From a virus (Duplodnaviria; Heunggongvirae; Uroviricota; Caudoviricetes), in IMG/VR virus record IMGVR_UViG_3300025387_000012, positions 1 to 64,000 of that record: DNA of 64,000 nt. The stretch is one strand, 5' to 3'. Position 1 is the first letter of the stretch. Each line of letters starts with the position of its first letter. The notes below the pieces were generated by a model. That model made no database searches, had not been told where the DNA came from, and saw only the letters and a list, made by a program, of their open reading frames with translations. Below, piece after piece: positions 36,340 to 45,682 of this stretch. Made by a program: the position numbers and the translations under genes.

Positions 36340-36879
36340 AAGAAACACTTTACGAGTGACCTGCATTTTGGTCACGAGAACATCATCAAGTACTGCAAGC
36401 GTCCATGGAAAAACGCAAGTGACATGGACGAGGCCCTCATCGCCAACTGGAACAACGTGGTTGCGGATGATGACGAGGTCTACATTCTGGGCGACCTATT
36501 CTTCTGTAACGAGAAGAAGGCGTCTGAACATCTGTCGCGGCTCAAGGGAAAGAAGTTCTTTCTTCCTGGCAACCACGACAAGATGCTGCGCAAGTCGAAG
36601 GTCATGCTCGACAAGTTCGACAAGATTCTTCCAGACCTGCACGAGGAGTCCATCGACGGCATTCACGTCGTCATGTGCCACTATCCGCTCCTCACATGGA
36701 ACAGAGCCTTTCGCGGTTCGTTCATGCTTCACGGGCACAGCCACAACAGCATTCCCTTCGACAAGAAGCTGCGGCGTCTCGACGTTGGTGTCGACGCGCA
36801 GTACTACGTCCCAATCGAGTGGGATGAGATTAAGCGTAAGCTGGAAAAGGTAGACCCGACGGACGTCAGGGACTACTAA
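36334..36879 (+). CDS. calcineurin-like metallophosphoesterase
   Basis: FTSDLHFGHEN (motif I DxH), ILGDLF (GDxx), LPGNHD (GNH[DE]); downstream of conserved promoter 36309. Confidence 0.65.
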   Translation: MTKKHFTSDLHFGHENIIKYCKRPWKNASDMDEALIANWNNVVADDDEVYILGDLFFCNEKKASEHLSRLKGKKFFLPGNHDKMLRKSKVMLDKFDKILPDLHEESIDGIHVVMCHYPLLTWNRAFRGSFMLHGHSHNSIPFDKKLRRLDVGVDAQYYVPIEWDEIKRKLEKVDPTDVRDY

Positions 36880-37469
36880 ACGACCTTCTTCATCCAGAAG
36901 ATTTTGCCGAGGTTGACGCGCTTAGGTGTGCCGTCCTTGCTCTCTGGCTGTGGGATGATTCCTGTCTGCTTCAGATCGTGGAAGAACTTCTCTGACAGGT
37001 TGCGTGCTCTTATGCCGCGTGGGAACACATTAACGGGAATCATTGAGTCATAGCCATTGACCGCGCCGATCGCGTTCACGCGTCCACGGCCCTCATGACC
37101 AACGATCTTGAATCGAAGCGGCTCACCTTGCTCGTACTCCTCGTCATTGAAGTCGGCTAGGAAGAATGGCGTTCCAACCGGCACCCTCTTGCGAATCAGT
37201 GCTTCCATCTTCTCAGCATCTTCCTTGCGATCAGCAGGCGTGGCGAGCTCAAGGAATGTCTTTGGTGACATGAAGACCGTAAAGCCCATGTAGTCAACGT
37301 TCGAGTTCAGCGGTACGTTGCCGAGACCTTTGTGCGTGTCGAACGCGACGTCACCTACACGAAAGCGGTCCTCGATGTTCTGTGGGCTTGGGTTCGGTAG
37401 CGCGTCAAACTCTGACTGGGTCAGGTAGTGCGGCTCTTCGTGCTGCTCGAAAAGTTCAGCTAGCTTCAC
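36876..37469 (-). CDS. hypothetical protein (GTG start, N-terminal VKLAELFEQ motif)
   Basis: GTGA start/stop overlap with upstream gene, GGAG 7 nt upstream; shares ELFEE-type N-terminus with two upstream minus-strand genes. Confidence 0.4.
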   Translation of the reverse strand: MKLAELFEQHEEPHYLTQSEFDALPNPSPQNIEDRFRVGDVAFDTHKGLGNVPLNSNVDYMGFTVFMSPKTFLELATPADRKEDAEKMEALIRKRVPVGTPFFLADFNDEEYEQGEPLRFKIVGHEGRGRVNAIGAVNGYDSMIPVNVFPRGIRARNLSEKFFHDLKQTGIIPQPESKDGTPKRVNLGKIFWMKKVV

Positions 37470-37894
37470 TTGAAGACTCCAAATTTTCCAGGTGGATATC
37501 CCTTTGGCACGTGACCCCACACCCACAGTGAAGTTAGCTTGCGGGTTGGAACATCCTTGCCATCCTTATCCTTCTTCACCATAGGACCAGAGTTACCAGA
37601 CATTCGAGCGATAAAGGATAGCTGACGGCCCATCCAAGAGATGTCAGTCTTGTCCCATTCAGACAGTGGCTTCTCTCTCATTCTAAGAATGGCTCTTGCT
37701 GATTCACGACCTGTTCCAATGCCGAGCTTTTCAGCTTCCTTCTTTCGAAGACCTGCTTCCTGCCCGGTTTCTGTGCCTAGAAACTTCTTAAGCGTGTCTG
37801 ATGGCATGTTTACAAGCTCGCGCCAACGCTTGTACTTTTCCTTGACATCGTCGGAGATAGGTGCTTTTTCTTCGAAGAGTTCTTTAAGCAGCAT
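37466..37894 (-). CDS. hypothetical protein (N-terminal MLLKELFEEK motif)
   Basis: 142-aa ORF on minus strand. Confidence 0.45.
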   Translation of the reverse strand: MLLKELFEEKAPISDDVKEKYKRWRELVNMPSDTLKKFLGTETGQEAGLRKKEAEKLGIGTGRESARAILRMREKPLSEWDKTDISWMGRQLSFIARMSGNSGPMVKKDKDGKDVPTRKLTSLWVWGHVPKGYPPGKFGVFK

Positions 37895-38330
37895 CTTCCG
37901 GTTCCCAGTGCATGTCCTTCCTTGGTCCGCCCATCATCTTGAAGCCGTACTTCTTGTAGAACTTGATGAGCTTGGTCTGGCTGATGGCACCCTGATCGGT
38001 TGGGAAGAGGCTAAGCTTGATGCCTGCCTCGCGAGCTGCATCCTGAATAATCTTGAGAGCCTTGCCACCAACGCCTGAGCGCTGAGGGTACGCCTGAATC
38101 CACTTCAACTCAACCGCGTCACCCAGCTTTTTGTGAGGTGAAGGTACCAGCTCAAACAGCGCGAGCTCCTGCTTGCCAGCTTCCTTGTTCAGGTAGATGA
38201 CGTGCTGATGAGGGTTCATCGGACTCTCTTCGTACTTGTCGTACATCTTCTTGATGAACGCCTTAACTTTTGGTGATGGGCCGCTCAGCTGCAGTCTGAT
38301 AGGCTCTTCGAACAGTTCGCTAACTCGCAT
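37884..38330 (-). CDS. GNAT-family N-acetyltransferase-like protein (N-terminal MRVSELFEEP motif)
   Basis: QRSGVGGKALKIIQDAAREAG resembles GNAT motif A (Q/RxxGxG/A); C-terminal YKKYGF. Confidence 0.5.
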   Translation of the reverse strand: MRVSELFEEPIRLQLSGPSPKVKAFIKKMYDKYEESPMNPHQHVIYLNKEAGKQELALFELVPSPHKKLGDAVELKWIQAYPQRSGVGGKALKIIQDAAREAGIKLSLFPTDQGAISQTKLIKFYKKYGFKMMGGPRKDMHWEPEDAA

Positions 38331-38376
38331 GGTATCCTCCTAGGATTACCTATTTATCGTTGTGCGACGAGGGCTG

Positions 38377-38405
38377 TTTACATCCTCGAAAAAGCATGAT
38401 ACGAT
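38377..38405 (+). promoter_or_regulatory. promoter, conserved family (TTTACA-N17-TACGAT)
   Basis: GGGCTGTTTACATCCTCG. Confidence 0.55.
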
Positions 38406-38427
38406 CTGATTGTAATAGGAGAACGAA

Positions 38428-38886
38428 ATGACTGCCATCTTCAAGAAAGGCGAGATGCTCAGCAAGATGCTGGTCATCGCCACGAACGCCCATCACAACC
38501 AGTTTGATAAGGGCGGCAGTCCTTATATACTGCACCCTCTCGCGGTGATGTACCTCCTGGACAACCCCGACGAAGAGCAGCAGTGCATGGCTATCGGCCA
38601 CGACATCGTGGAGGATTGCGGGATTACCTACCAAGAACTCCGAGAAGCCGGTATCACCGAGCGGATCATCAAGGGCATTCAGTCCCTCACGAAGGTCCCT
38701 GGAGAAACCTACGAGGAGTACAAGGAAAAGGTAAAGGCGAACCCTGACGCCATCAAGGTGAAGATCGCCGACCTTACCCACAACACCGACGTTCGCCGCC
38801 TCAAGGGAGTTTCTCCCAAGGACATGGCGCGGATGGAGCGCTACTTCCACTTCTACATGGAACTTGTCAACCTTCAACGTAAGTGA
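38428..38886 (+). CDS. HD-domain phosphohydrolase (RelA/SpoT-HD / YpgQ-like)
   Basis: HHNQFDKGGSPYILHPLAV ... IGHDIVED: H..HD metal-binding signature. Confidence 0.6.
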   Translation: MTAIFKKGEMLSKMLVIATNAHHNQFDKGGSPYILHPLAVMYLLDNPDEEQQCMAIGHDIVEDCGITYQELREAGITERIIKGIQSLTKVPGETYEEYKEKVKANPDAIKVKIADLTHNTDVRRLKGVSPKDMARMERYFHFYMELVNLQRK

Positions 38887-38894
38887 GGCTGCAG

Positions 38895-39143
38895 ATGTCC
38901 ACCGACCTTTATGATCTTATGCGTGAGCGCATTATCGATTTTTGTGGGGATGAAGCGGGTTGCCTTGGACGATCTGATCGTCTGAAGCCAATCGCCGACT
39001 TCATCCTCGAGGAGATGGACGCAAGCCCCAAGCCGCGTGGACGGCGAAAGCAGTTGGACATCTCTATCATCGAGAACTTCTCCGATGGACAAATCTTCCG
39101 CCTTTTCCAGCTGGTCGCGGCCCTCGAACGAGCGACCTCTTAA
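38895..39143 (+). CDS. hypothetical small protein
   Basis: ORF 82 aa. Confidence 0.35.
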   Translation: MSTDLYDLMRERIIDFCGDEAGCLGRSDRLKPIADFILEEMDASPKPRGRRKQLDISIIENFSDGQIFRLFQLVAALERATS

Positions 39144-39832
39144 ACGTGTACCCTTCGTGCAAGGTGAGCGGCTCTGATCTTCTCCTTGTGTTCCTCAGAC
39201 ATTGGTCCACGCTTCTTCCCTAGCTTCGCCTCAGACATTTTCCTGCGAGCCTCCTCGCTTTTAGGAACACCCTTCTTCTGTTCAGACAGGATAGTCTTTG
39301 TGTCTTCGCTGTGAGAGCCCCAAGAGCCTCTCTTCTTCCCACGCGCTGACGCTGCCTGATTGGCAATATGTTCAGCCGTCTTTTTATATCCCCTCATAAA
39401 CTCACTGCGCTTTGCGTTAGCCTCAGGAGTTTGGATGCGAGTGGAAGGGTCTCTTCTTTTCGCGGCCTCAGATATTTTCCGACGGTGCTCCTCTGAAAAT
39501 TCCACGCGCGCGTAGAAGCGGGACATGTCGTACGTGCGATTGGTGACGAATGCCCTGTCGAGACGTTTGTTCGTATTTCGGACCATCAGGTTAAGAGCCG
39601 CGGTCATGCTGTATAAATCCTTTCCGACGGTCATCTTCGTCAGCAACAGGTGGCAGATGAAATGTTCCCTAGGAGTTAGCTTTACCAGGTTGTCTGGAAA
39701 ATCTGATCCTCCCATGGATTTTGGAACGATGTGGTGCTTTTCGTAGCGGCCCTCAAATCGGCTGTTTACATCCTGTTGGGCCTGTGATATGATAGAAAAG
39801 TAGCAGCGAGAGTATTTGTTCTCAAGGAACAT
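39140..39832 (-). CDS. HNH homing endonuclease with NUMOD-like repeats
   Basis: EKHHIVPKSMGGSDFPDNLVKLTPREHFICH HNH core; C-terminal repeats SEEHRRKISEAAK / SEDTKTILSEQKKG / SEEARRKMSEAKLG / SEEHKEKIRAAH. Confidence 0.7.
   Translation of the reverse strand: MFLENKYSRCYFSIISQAQQDVNSRFEGRYEKHHIVPKSMGGSDFPDNLVKLTPREHFICHLLLTKMTVGKDLYSMTAALNLMVRNTNKRLDRAFVTNRTYDMSRFYARVEFSEEHRRKISEAAKRRDPSTRIQTPEANAKRSEFMRGYKKTAEHIANQAASARGKKRGSWGSHSEDTKTILSEQKKGVPKSEEARRKMSEAKLGKKRGPMSEEHKEKIRAAHLARRVHV
39765..39793 (+). promoter_or_regulatory. promoter, conserved family, embedded in 5' coding region of minus-strand HNH gene; drives topo II large subunit
   Basis: GGCTGTTTACATCCTG...TGTGATATGAT. Confidence 0.55.
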
Positions 39833-39865
39833 AGCTCGACCTCCTAAAGCTTATTGGAGTTATTT

Positions 39866-41818
39866 ATGACAAAGAGCGTGGAACAAAAATACCGGAAACT
39901 GAACGAGGTAGAACACGTTCTCCTCCGTCCGGGCCGCTACATCGGTTCGATCACCCCTCACACCTCCACCGAATACATCCCCGTGGTTAAGTCCGCGTTG
40001 GACGTTACGATGGTGCGCAAGGAGATCACCTACAACCCCGGCTTCCTCAAGCTCTTCGACGAGGTCATCTCCAACTCGGCGGACCATTCGAAGCGCCCTG
40101 AAGGAAAGCACCTTGATACAATCCGCGTAGAGGTTGATGCCGAGAGCGGCGAGATCAGCATCTTCGACAACGGCGGTATCCCGGTCATCAAGCATAAGGA
40201 ATACGATCAGTGGGTTCCTGAGATGATCTTCGAGCTGCGAGCCGGCTCCAACTTCGACGATGACGATCAGGCGATGCTGACCGGCCAGAACGGCGAGGGT
40301 GCTGCTCTCACGAATATCTTCTCTCACAAGTTCGTTGTGGAAACCTGCGACGGCAAGAACAAGTTCCGCATGGTCTTCGAGGATCACTCCCAAGACCGAA
40401 AGGCAGCAAAGGTCCAGCCTGCCGAGGGAGCCAAGGGTTACACGCGCATCACCTACTCTCCTGACTTCGAGAAGCTGGGAATGACCGGCATCGATCAGGA
40501 CAACATGGACATGCTCCTCGCGCGGGTCTATCAGGTCGCGGCGGTGAACACCCACCTGAAGGTCTACTTCAACAGCGTACGCGTGATGACGCGCAGCTTT
40601 AAAGAGTACGTGGAGATGTTCGTCGGTCCTGAAGGCGAGTACGCCTACGACGAGACCGACCACTGGAAGGTGGCGGTTGCCGGTAGCGAGGATGGCTTCC
40701 AGCATATCTCCTTCGTGAACGGCACCCACACCAAGATCGGCGGCACCCACATCCTCTACGCGGGAATGCAGATTTGGGAAGCCATTCGCGCGCACATCAA
40801 GAAGAAGCACAAGGTCGACATCAAGCCGTCGGAACTCCGACAGCACATGACCCTCTTCATCGACGCGCAGATCGTCAACCCGCGCTACTCCTCTCAGACC
40901 AAGGAAGACCTGATCACCGAGGTCAAGGACTACAAGACGAGCTGGACCGTGCCGGACAAGATGATCCGCAAGATCATCCAGTCCTCGATCATCCAGTCGA
41001 TCCTTGATTGGGCGCAGGCCAAGGCCCATGCCGAGGAGCTCAAGGAGCTGCGCAAGCTCAACAAGGACACTGACAAGGCGGACCCTCGTCGAGTGCCGAA
41101 GTTCTCCGACGCTCTAGAAAAGAAGGACCGCAGCAAGTGCGTGCTCTTCCTGACCGAAGGGGATTCGGCTGCCAAGGCGGTACAGGCCGGTCGCGGCAAG
41201 AACCCCTACGTCGCCTCCTTCCCGCTGCGCGGTAAGCCCCTCAACGTCCGTGAGAAGGACGTCAAGCGCATCCTCGAAAACGAGGAGATCAAGAACCTGA
41301 TCACGATCATCGGCTTGAAGCTCGGTGAGAAGGTCACCTCGATCGACCAGCTGCGGTTCGGCAAGATCGCCTTTACGACCGACGCCGACGTCGATGGTGC
41401 CCACATCAGCGGTCTCCTCATGAACCTCTTCGACCACTTCTGGCCGGAGCTGTTCGAGCTTGGAGTGATCCACATCTTCCGTACCCCGCTCGTCAAGGTC
41501 AACCTTGGTAAGGGCAAGCCGACCCTCGAGATGTTCACCGAGCGGGAGTTCAAGGAATGGGAAGCTCGCGAGGGCCACAAGCTGAAGGGCTGGTCCTTCA
41601 AGTGGTACAAGGGATTGGGTACGAGTTCGGCCGCAGAGTTCAAGTACTATTTCGAGAACATGGAGGACTACATCTTCCGCATCGACATGGTCGATCACGA
41701 GGACAAGGACGCTATCGATCTAGCTTTCAATGGGCAACGGGCTGATGACCGCAAGGTCTGGCTGGAGACCCCTGCGGCTAACTTTGATGATTTTCTATTC
41801 GAAGCAGCAACTGTTTGA
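39866..41818 (+). CDS. 39: DNA topoisomerase II large subunit (GyrB-like ATPase+Toprim; T4 gp39-like)
   Basis: GHKL ATPase motifs (NSADH, IFDNGGIPV, GQNGEGAAL), Toprim DADVDGAHISGLL, EGDSA; GGAG RBS 6 nt before ATG 39866. Confidence 0.85.
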   Translation: MTKSVEQKYRKLNEVEHVLLRPGRYIGSITPHTSTEYIPVVKSALDVTMVRKEITYNPGFLKLFDEVISNSADHSKRPEGKHLDTIRVEVDAESGEISIFDNGGIPVIKHKEYDQWVPEMIFELRAGSNFDDDDQAMLTGQNGEGAALTNIFSHKFVVETCDGKNKFRMVFEDHSQDRKAAKVQPAEGAKGYTRITYSPDFEKLGMTGIDQDNMDMLLARVYQVAAVNTHLKVYFNSVRVMTRSFKEYVEMFVGPEGEYAYDETDHWKVAVAGSEDGFQHISFVNGTHTKIGGTHILYAGMQIWEAIRAHIKKKHKVDIKPSELRQHMTLFIDAQIVNPRYSSQTKEDLITEVKDYKTSWTVPDKMIRKIIQSSIIQSILDWAQAKAHAEELKELRKLNKDTDKADPRRVPKFSDALEKKDRSKCVLFLTEGDSAAKAVQAGRGKNPYVASFPLRGKPLNVREKDVKRILENEEIKNLITIIGLKLGEKVTSIDQLRFGKIAFTTDADVDGAHISGLLMNLFDHFWPELFELGVIHIFRTPLVKVNLGKGKPTLEMFTEREFKEWEAREGHKLKGWSFKWYKGLGTSSAAEFKYYFENMEDYIFRIDMVDHEDKDAIDLAFNGQRADDRKVWLETPAANFDDFLFEAATV

Positions 41819-42527
41819 GGGTGATTGAGCACTTATCCTGTTTTGAAACGTTTAGTGATCCGGGGATTACGCGAAGGTTGCAGTAGTGACCTGTAGTCTC
41901 TGGTGGTGTTCCATCGAGAAAGCCTTGGTGAATGGAATATTCGTGATCTACGTGCCATCCGCCAAGTTCGATGGCACCGCGCTTCTCAATGTTCTCAAGC
42001 AAGTGCAGTGGTTGCTTGTTGGTGATAGAGTGAACTTTTGAGCGGTACGCTTGGAAAGCTGGGACAAGATGTTCAGGAATGCACTGACCGTTTTTCCGCT
42101 TAGTGGCAAGGGACTTTTTAATTCGAGATTCAAGGGTACCTCGAGATCGTTGAGTACTAACTGACTTTTTGGAGATGGATTTCGCGAGGGCCGAGCCGTT
42201 AGCAGTAAGAGTGGCTGTTCTCTTTGCGGTAACGAAAGAGTGACGGCACGCTTCATTACAGAAGCGATGGTAGCAGCGCTTGCTCCAGTAGATTCTGCCA
42301 GTTAGACCAGTTCCGCAGTTCTCGCACAGCGGCTCCTTGGTGATGCCAAGGCGCAGGTTGAGAAGCCGTTCATAAGTAGAAGCAGATTCGTCGAGGTACA
42401 TAGTGGTGTGAATTAGTTTCTGTAGAAGGTCTGGTGTGAGACGTCGTTCAGCTGACTTGGTGACCTTCAGGTTCTTCCCAAGAATACCGGCTTCTGTCAG
42501 TTGTGATACAATGGACTTACGAGTCAT
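41778..42527 (-). CDS. freestanding HNH endonuclease inserted between topo II subunit genes
   Basis: C-terminal GGWHVDHEYSIHQGFLDG...NLRVIPGSLNVSKQDK HNH motif; Cys-rich zinc ribbon CENCG...CYHRFCNEAC; opposite strand to flanking topo genes. Confidence 0.6.
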   Translation of the reverse strand: MTRKSIVSQLTEAGILGKNLKVTKSAERRLTPDLLQKLIHTTMYLDESASTYERLLNLRLGITKEPLCENCGTGLTGRIYWSKRCYHRFCNEACRHSFVTAKRTATLTANGSALAKSISKKSVSTQRSRGTLESRIKKSLATKRKNGQCIPEHLVPAFQAYRSKVHSITNKQPLHLLENIEKRGAIELGGWHVDHEYSIHQGFLDGTPPETTGHYCNLRVIPGSLNVSKQDKCSITLKQLLLRIENHQS

Positions 42528-42563
42528 AGGACACCCAATAGAATTGCTTGGAGTATTTATAGC

Positions 42564-42863
42564 ATGGACGCGCTAAACCTATCCAAGGCGACCACACCCC
42601 GCCGCATCAGGGATATCCCTAACGATCCACCCGTTCAGTTCGTGGTGTTCGTCGAGAGCAGCTATTCAGTCGATGATGGCAGCAATACCTACACGACGAA
42701 CGACATCCTAAAGCCGCACTGCTTCTACACGAAGGAGCATCTCCAAAAGTGGATCGAGGAGGAGTACGCTAAGACCTCCTACGGTCCACGCCCGCAGTTC
42801 AAGGTCTTCGCCGTGAAGCCCATGCCGGTCACCGTCAAAACGGTGGTCGAGTTCGGAGAATAG
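42564..42863 (+). CDS. hypothetical protein
   Basis: ORF 99 aa. Confidence 0.45.
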   Translation: MDALNLSKATTPRRIRDIPNDPPVQFVVFVESSYSVDDGSNTYTTNDILKPHCFYTKEHLQKWIEEEYAKTSYGPRPQFKVFAVKPMPVTVKTVVEFGE

Positions 42864-42866
42864 TCC

Positions 42867-43064
42867 ATGGACGTCCTGCTCGTCATCGCCTTCGCCCTTT
42901 TCATTTCATGGGATCAGGCGCAGTCAGAAAAGCGGATCATGGCCGCCATCAAAGCCGTTGAGAAGAGGATCGATGACCTTGAACAGGAACAGGTTGACTT
43001 CGAAGAGGAGGCTGGCAGTCTGCTTGGCCTTCCTTGCTCTGACTGGATGCGCGACCACACCTGA
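42867..43064 (+). CDS. small N-terminal-TM protein (i-spanin-like architecture)
   Basis: GGAGAA RBS; MDVLLVIAFALFISW TM then charged helix KRIMAAIKAVEKRIDDLEQEQ. Confidence 0.4.
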   Translation: MDVLLVIAFALFISWDQAQSEKRIMAAIKAVEKRIDDLEQEQVDFEEEAGSLLGLPCSDWMRDHT

Positions 43065-43275
43065 GACGTTCGATCTCAACGGCGCCCCTCCTCCACAGGA
43101 CGAGGCAAGAGCCGACGAAGCGCAGCTCGTGCAGCGGCTTTTCTGGTTAAGAGCGGATATGGGACCAATCCAAATCTGCCACTACAGATCGCCAGACGGT
43201 TCAGAGTTCGAGACGATGCAGGACATCTGCTACGCCCACATCCCTGTCCCTTCGTGGGCACAGCACAAACATTAA
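42973..43275 (+). CDS. lipoprotein (lipobox LALTGC; o-spanin-like), overlapping previous gene out of frame
   Basis: Signal peptide KRRLAVCLAFLALTG|C followed by Pro-rich region. Confidence 0.4.
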   Translation: MTLNRNRLTSKRRLAVCLAFLALTGCATTPETFDLNGAPPPQDEARADEAQLVQRLFWLRADMGPIQICHYRSPDGSEFETMQDICYAHIPVPSWAQHKH

Positions 43276-43288
43276 CCAAACAAAAGTG

Positions 43289-43318
43289 TGTACACACGCC
43301 TTGAAGCAGGATATAATA
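43289..43318 (+). promoter_or_regulatory. promoter variant (TGTACA-N18-TATAAT) for gp52-like gene
   Basis: GTGTGTACACACG...GATATAAT. Confidence 0.4.
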
Positions 43319-43349
43319 AGCCATGAATGGTAAAAGGAGCGCCACACCC

Positions 43350-44699
43350 ATGTCAACGCAGTCCACTGGTCGTAGGATCAAGACGCGCCACTTCTTTGGC
43401 TCCGCGTTCAAGGAGTTCTCCCTCTACGACAACGTTCGTTCGATCCCTCTTCTGTTTGATGGGCTGAAGCCCTCACAGCGAAAGGCGATCTACGGGGTAC
43501 AGCTTCGCGGTGAAAGCGCCGGTGAAATCCAGGTCGAGCGTCTCTCTGCCGCGGTAGCAGCTTCGACTGACTACCACCACGGCACCGGCTCCATGGAGAG
43601 CACCATCATCGGCATGGCGAACAACTATGCCGGCACCAACAACATGAATATCTTCCAGCCGATCGGACAGTTCGGCTCTCGCCTTACGAAGGACGCGGCA
43701 GCTGGACGATACATCTTTACGAAGTTCGATCCCAACTTCCGCACGCTCTTCAAGAAGGAAGACGACGGCATCCTCGAGAACATCATGGTCGATGGGGATA
43801 AGATCGAGCCGAAGAACTACATCCCTCTTCTCCCTATCATGCTGATCAACGGCGCTCAAGGCACCGGCACTGGTCACGCGTGCTTCATCCTTAACTACCA
43901 TCCCAACCAAGTTCGAGATGCAGTCCTCGCGCATCTGACCGGCAAGAAGCTGAAGCCGAACACCCTGATCCCGTGGTTCAACGGCTTCAAGGGAACAGTC
44001 GAGCGCAACATGGAGACCGGTCAGGTCGTGGTTACCGGTAAGCTCGAGGTCGTCAACTCCACGATGATCAAGATCACCGAGCTGCCCGTCTCCGTCTACC
44101 TCGATCAGTACAAGGAGCACCTTCGCAAGCTCGAGGATGCCGGCTTCATCAAGGACTATGAGGACCACTCCTCGGACGATGGCTTCGAGTTCCACGTTCA
44201 AGTCCCTCGCTCCACTACGGCTCTCGACTACGAGACCCTTCTCCAGAAGTTCAAGCTGATCAGCCGAGACACGGAGAACTTTACCGTCTGGAACGAACGC
44301 GGTACCCTTGAGCGGTTCGAAAGTGCTGAGGCTCTCATTGAGCGCTTCACCGACTGGCGCATCGCCCGCTACGAAGACCGCCGTCAGATGCTGATCGCGA
44401 ACACGAAGGAAGCCATTCGCTGGATGAATGAGCGGCTCCGCTTCATTCTCTTCTACCTCGACAACGTGGACGAGTTCAAGGGCCGTCGCAAGGACGACCT
44501 CATCGAGCTCCTCCTCAAGAACGAGTTCGTCGACTACGATCGGCTTCTCCAAATGCCGATGTGGAACCTGACAAAGGACAAGATCGACGAGCTTCGCAAG
44601 CAGCTCGAGGAGCAGAAGAAGTACCTTGCTTCTCTCGAAGCCGATACCGCCATCGAGATGTACAAGCGCGAGCTCAAGGAGTTCAAATATGTCGCGTAA
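43350..44699 (+). CDS. 52: DNA topoisomerase II medium subunit (GyrA-like; T4 gp52-like)
   Basis: DGLKPSQRKAIY hallmark of type IIA topo A-subunits; AAAGGAG RBS before ATG 43350 (ORF opens at 43323). Confidence 0.8.
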   Translation: MSTQSTGRRIKTRHFFGSAFKEFSLYDNVRSIPLLFDGLKPSQRKAIYGVQLRGESAGEIQVERLSAAVAASTDYHHGTGSMESTIIGMANNYAGTNNMNIFQPIGQFGSRLTKDAAAGRYIFTKFDPNFRTLFKKEDDGILENIMVDGDKIEPKNYIPLLPIMLINGAQGTGTGHACFILNYHPNQVRDAVLAHLTGKKLKPNTLIPWFNGFKGTVERNMETGQVVVTGKLEVVNSTMIKITELPVSVYLDQYKEHLRKLEDAGFIKDYEDHSSDDGFEFHVQVPRSTTALDYETLLQKFKLISRDTENFTVWNERGTLERFESAEALIERFTDWRIARYEDRRQMLIANTKEAIRWMNERLRFILFYLDNVDEFKGRRKDDLIELLLKNEFVDYDRLLQMPMWNLTKDKIDELRKQLEEQKKYLASLEADTAIEMYKRELKEFKYVA

Positions 44700-45081
44700 G
44701 AAGATCAAGGTCGTCAAGGGCGAGTTCGGAGAATGGTACCGCCGTTCTCCGAACAGCAACGAGGTCGTCTCCGCCGCTGAAGGTAAGGTTCTTCTTGGGG
44801 AGTTCGGAGATGCCGACTTCACGGTCGAGCAGGTCATCAAGGCCCTTCAGCAGTTTGATCCGAAAGACCGCGTCTGCCTTGACAACCAAGAAGACGACGA
44901 GAGCTACCGCTCAGCCATCTTCATCTTCTCGCAGCGCACGAGGAAGCTCACGAAGGAAGAGCTGAAGAAGATCGCCGATCGAGAAGCCGAGCAGGCAGCG
45001 AGAGTCAAGAAGAGCCACGGCCTGATCGACCAAGTTCGGCAACGGTCTTATGAGCGGCTACTGCAGCAGGACAGCCAATGA
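44689..45081 (+). CDS. hypothetical protein
   Basis: ATG overlapping gp52-like stop region. Confidence 0.45.
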   Translation: MSRKKIKVVKGEFGEWYRRSPNSNEVVSAAEGKVLLGEFGDADFTVEQVIKALQQFDPKDRVCLDNQEDDESYRSAIFIFSQRTRKLTKEELKKIADREAEQAARVKKSHGLIDQVRQRSYERLLQQDSQ

Positions 45082-45515
45082 CCCACGCGAAGAAGCTTCT
45101 CGACATTCCTCCGCTCTTCGAGTACTACCGCGGTCGCATCTACCTGACCTACTTCTTCCTGCGCAGCTTCGACACCAATCCGAATTTCAACAACGATCCT
45201 TGGGAGAACCTGGAGTACCGTCAAATCTTCTTCGGCTTCGATCCCTCCGTTCTCGGTTGGTTCGGCACGAGCTCCTTCTACTACGATGGCAGCTTCATGA
45301 TTTGGTTCTCGCTCTTCGGATTTACGGTCGGTCACAGCGTCGTCTACGATTTCCAGTCTCTCTCCGAGACGCCCAGCGCGTTCATCCCCCCAGGAGCCGT
45401 ACCTCCCGCCCCCATCCCACAATCACCAACGCCCCCAACCGAGGGCAAATATTGGTTCGATACCCGGTCCGGCGCGCTAAAGGTCTACAAGGACGGCACA
45501 TGGCTCCCTTACTAA
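45078..45515 (+). CDS. hypothetical protein (Phe/Tyr-rich, Pro-rich linker)
   Basis: ORF 145 aa. Confidence 0.45.
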   Translation: MTHAKKLLDIPPLFEYYRGRIYLTYFFLRSFDTNPNFNNDPWENLEYRQIFFGFDPSVLGWFGTSSFYYDGSFMIWFSLFGFTVGHSVVYDFQSLSETPSAFIPPGAVPPAPIPQSPTPPTEGKYWFDTRSGALKVYKDGTWLPY

Positions 45516-45682
45516 TCGCCCTTAAGTACCTTATCGTCTCCGCCAACCTCGTCGCGTTCGGGTATCAGCTTCTCCAGTTCGCGAACACCCACGACAGCTA
45601 TCATCTCATTCTCGCCGCCATCAACGGGTTCGTGCTCGTCGTTCTCCTCCCACAACAGGTTCCTCACGACCATGAAGACTAA
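45500..45682 (+). CDS. hypothetical small membrane protein
   Basis: MAPLLIALKYLIVSANLVAFGY... two hydrophobic segments. Confidence 0.3.
   Translation: MAPLLIALKYLIVSANLVAFGYQLLQFANTHDSYHLILAAINGFVLVVLLPQQVPHDHED

Noticed and set aside
39860-41029. 389-aa minus-strand ORF inside the topo II large-subunit gene
   Set aside because: Antisense artefact within a clearly homologous GyrB-like gene.
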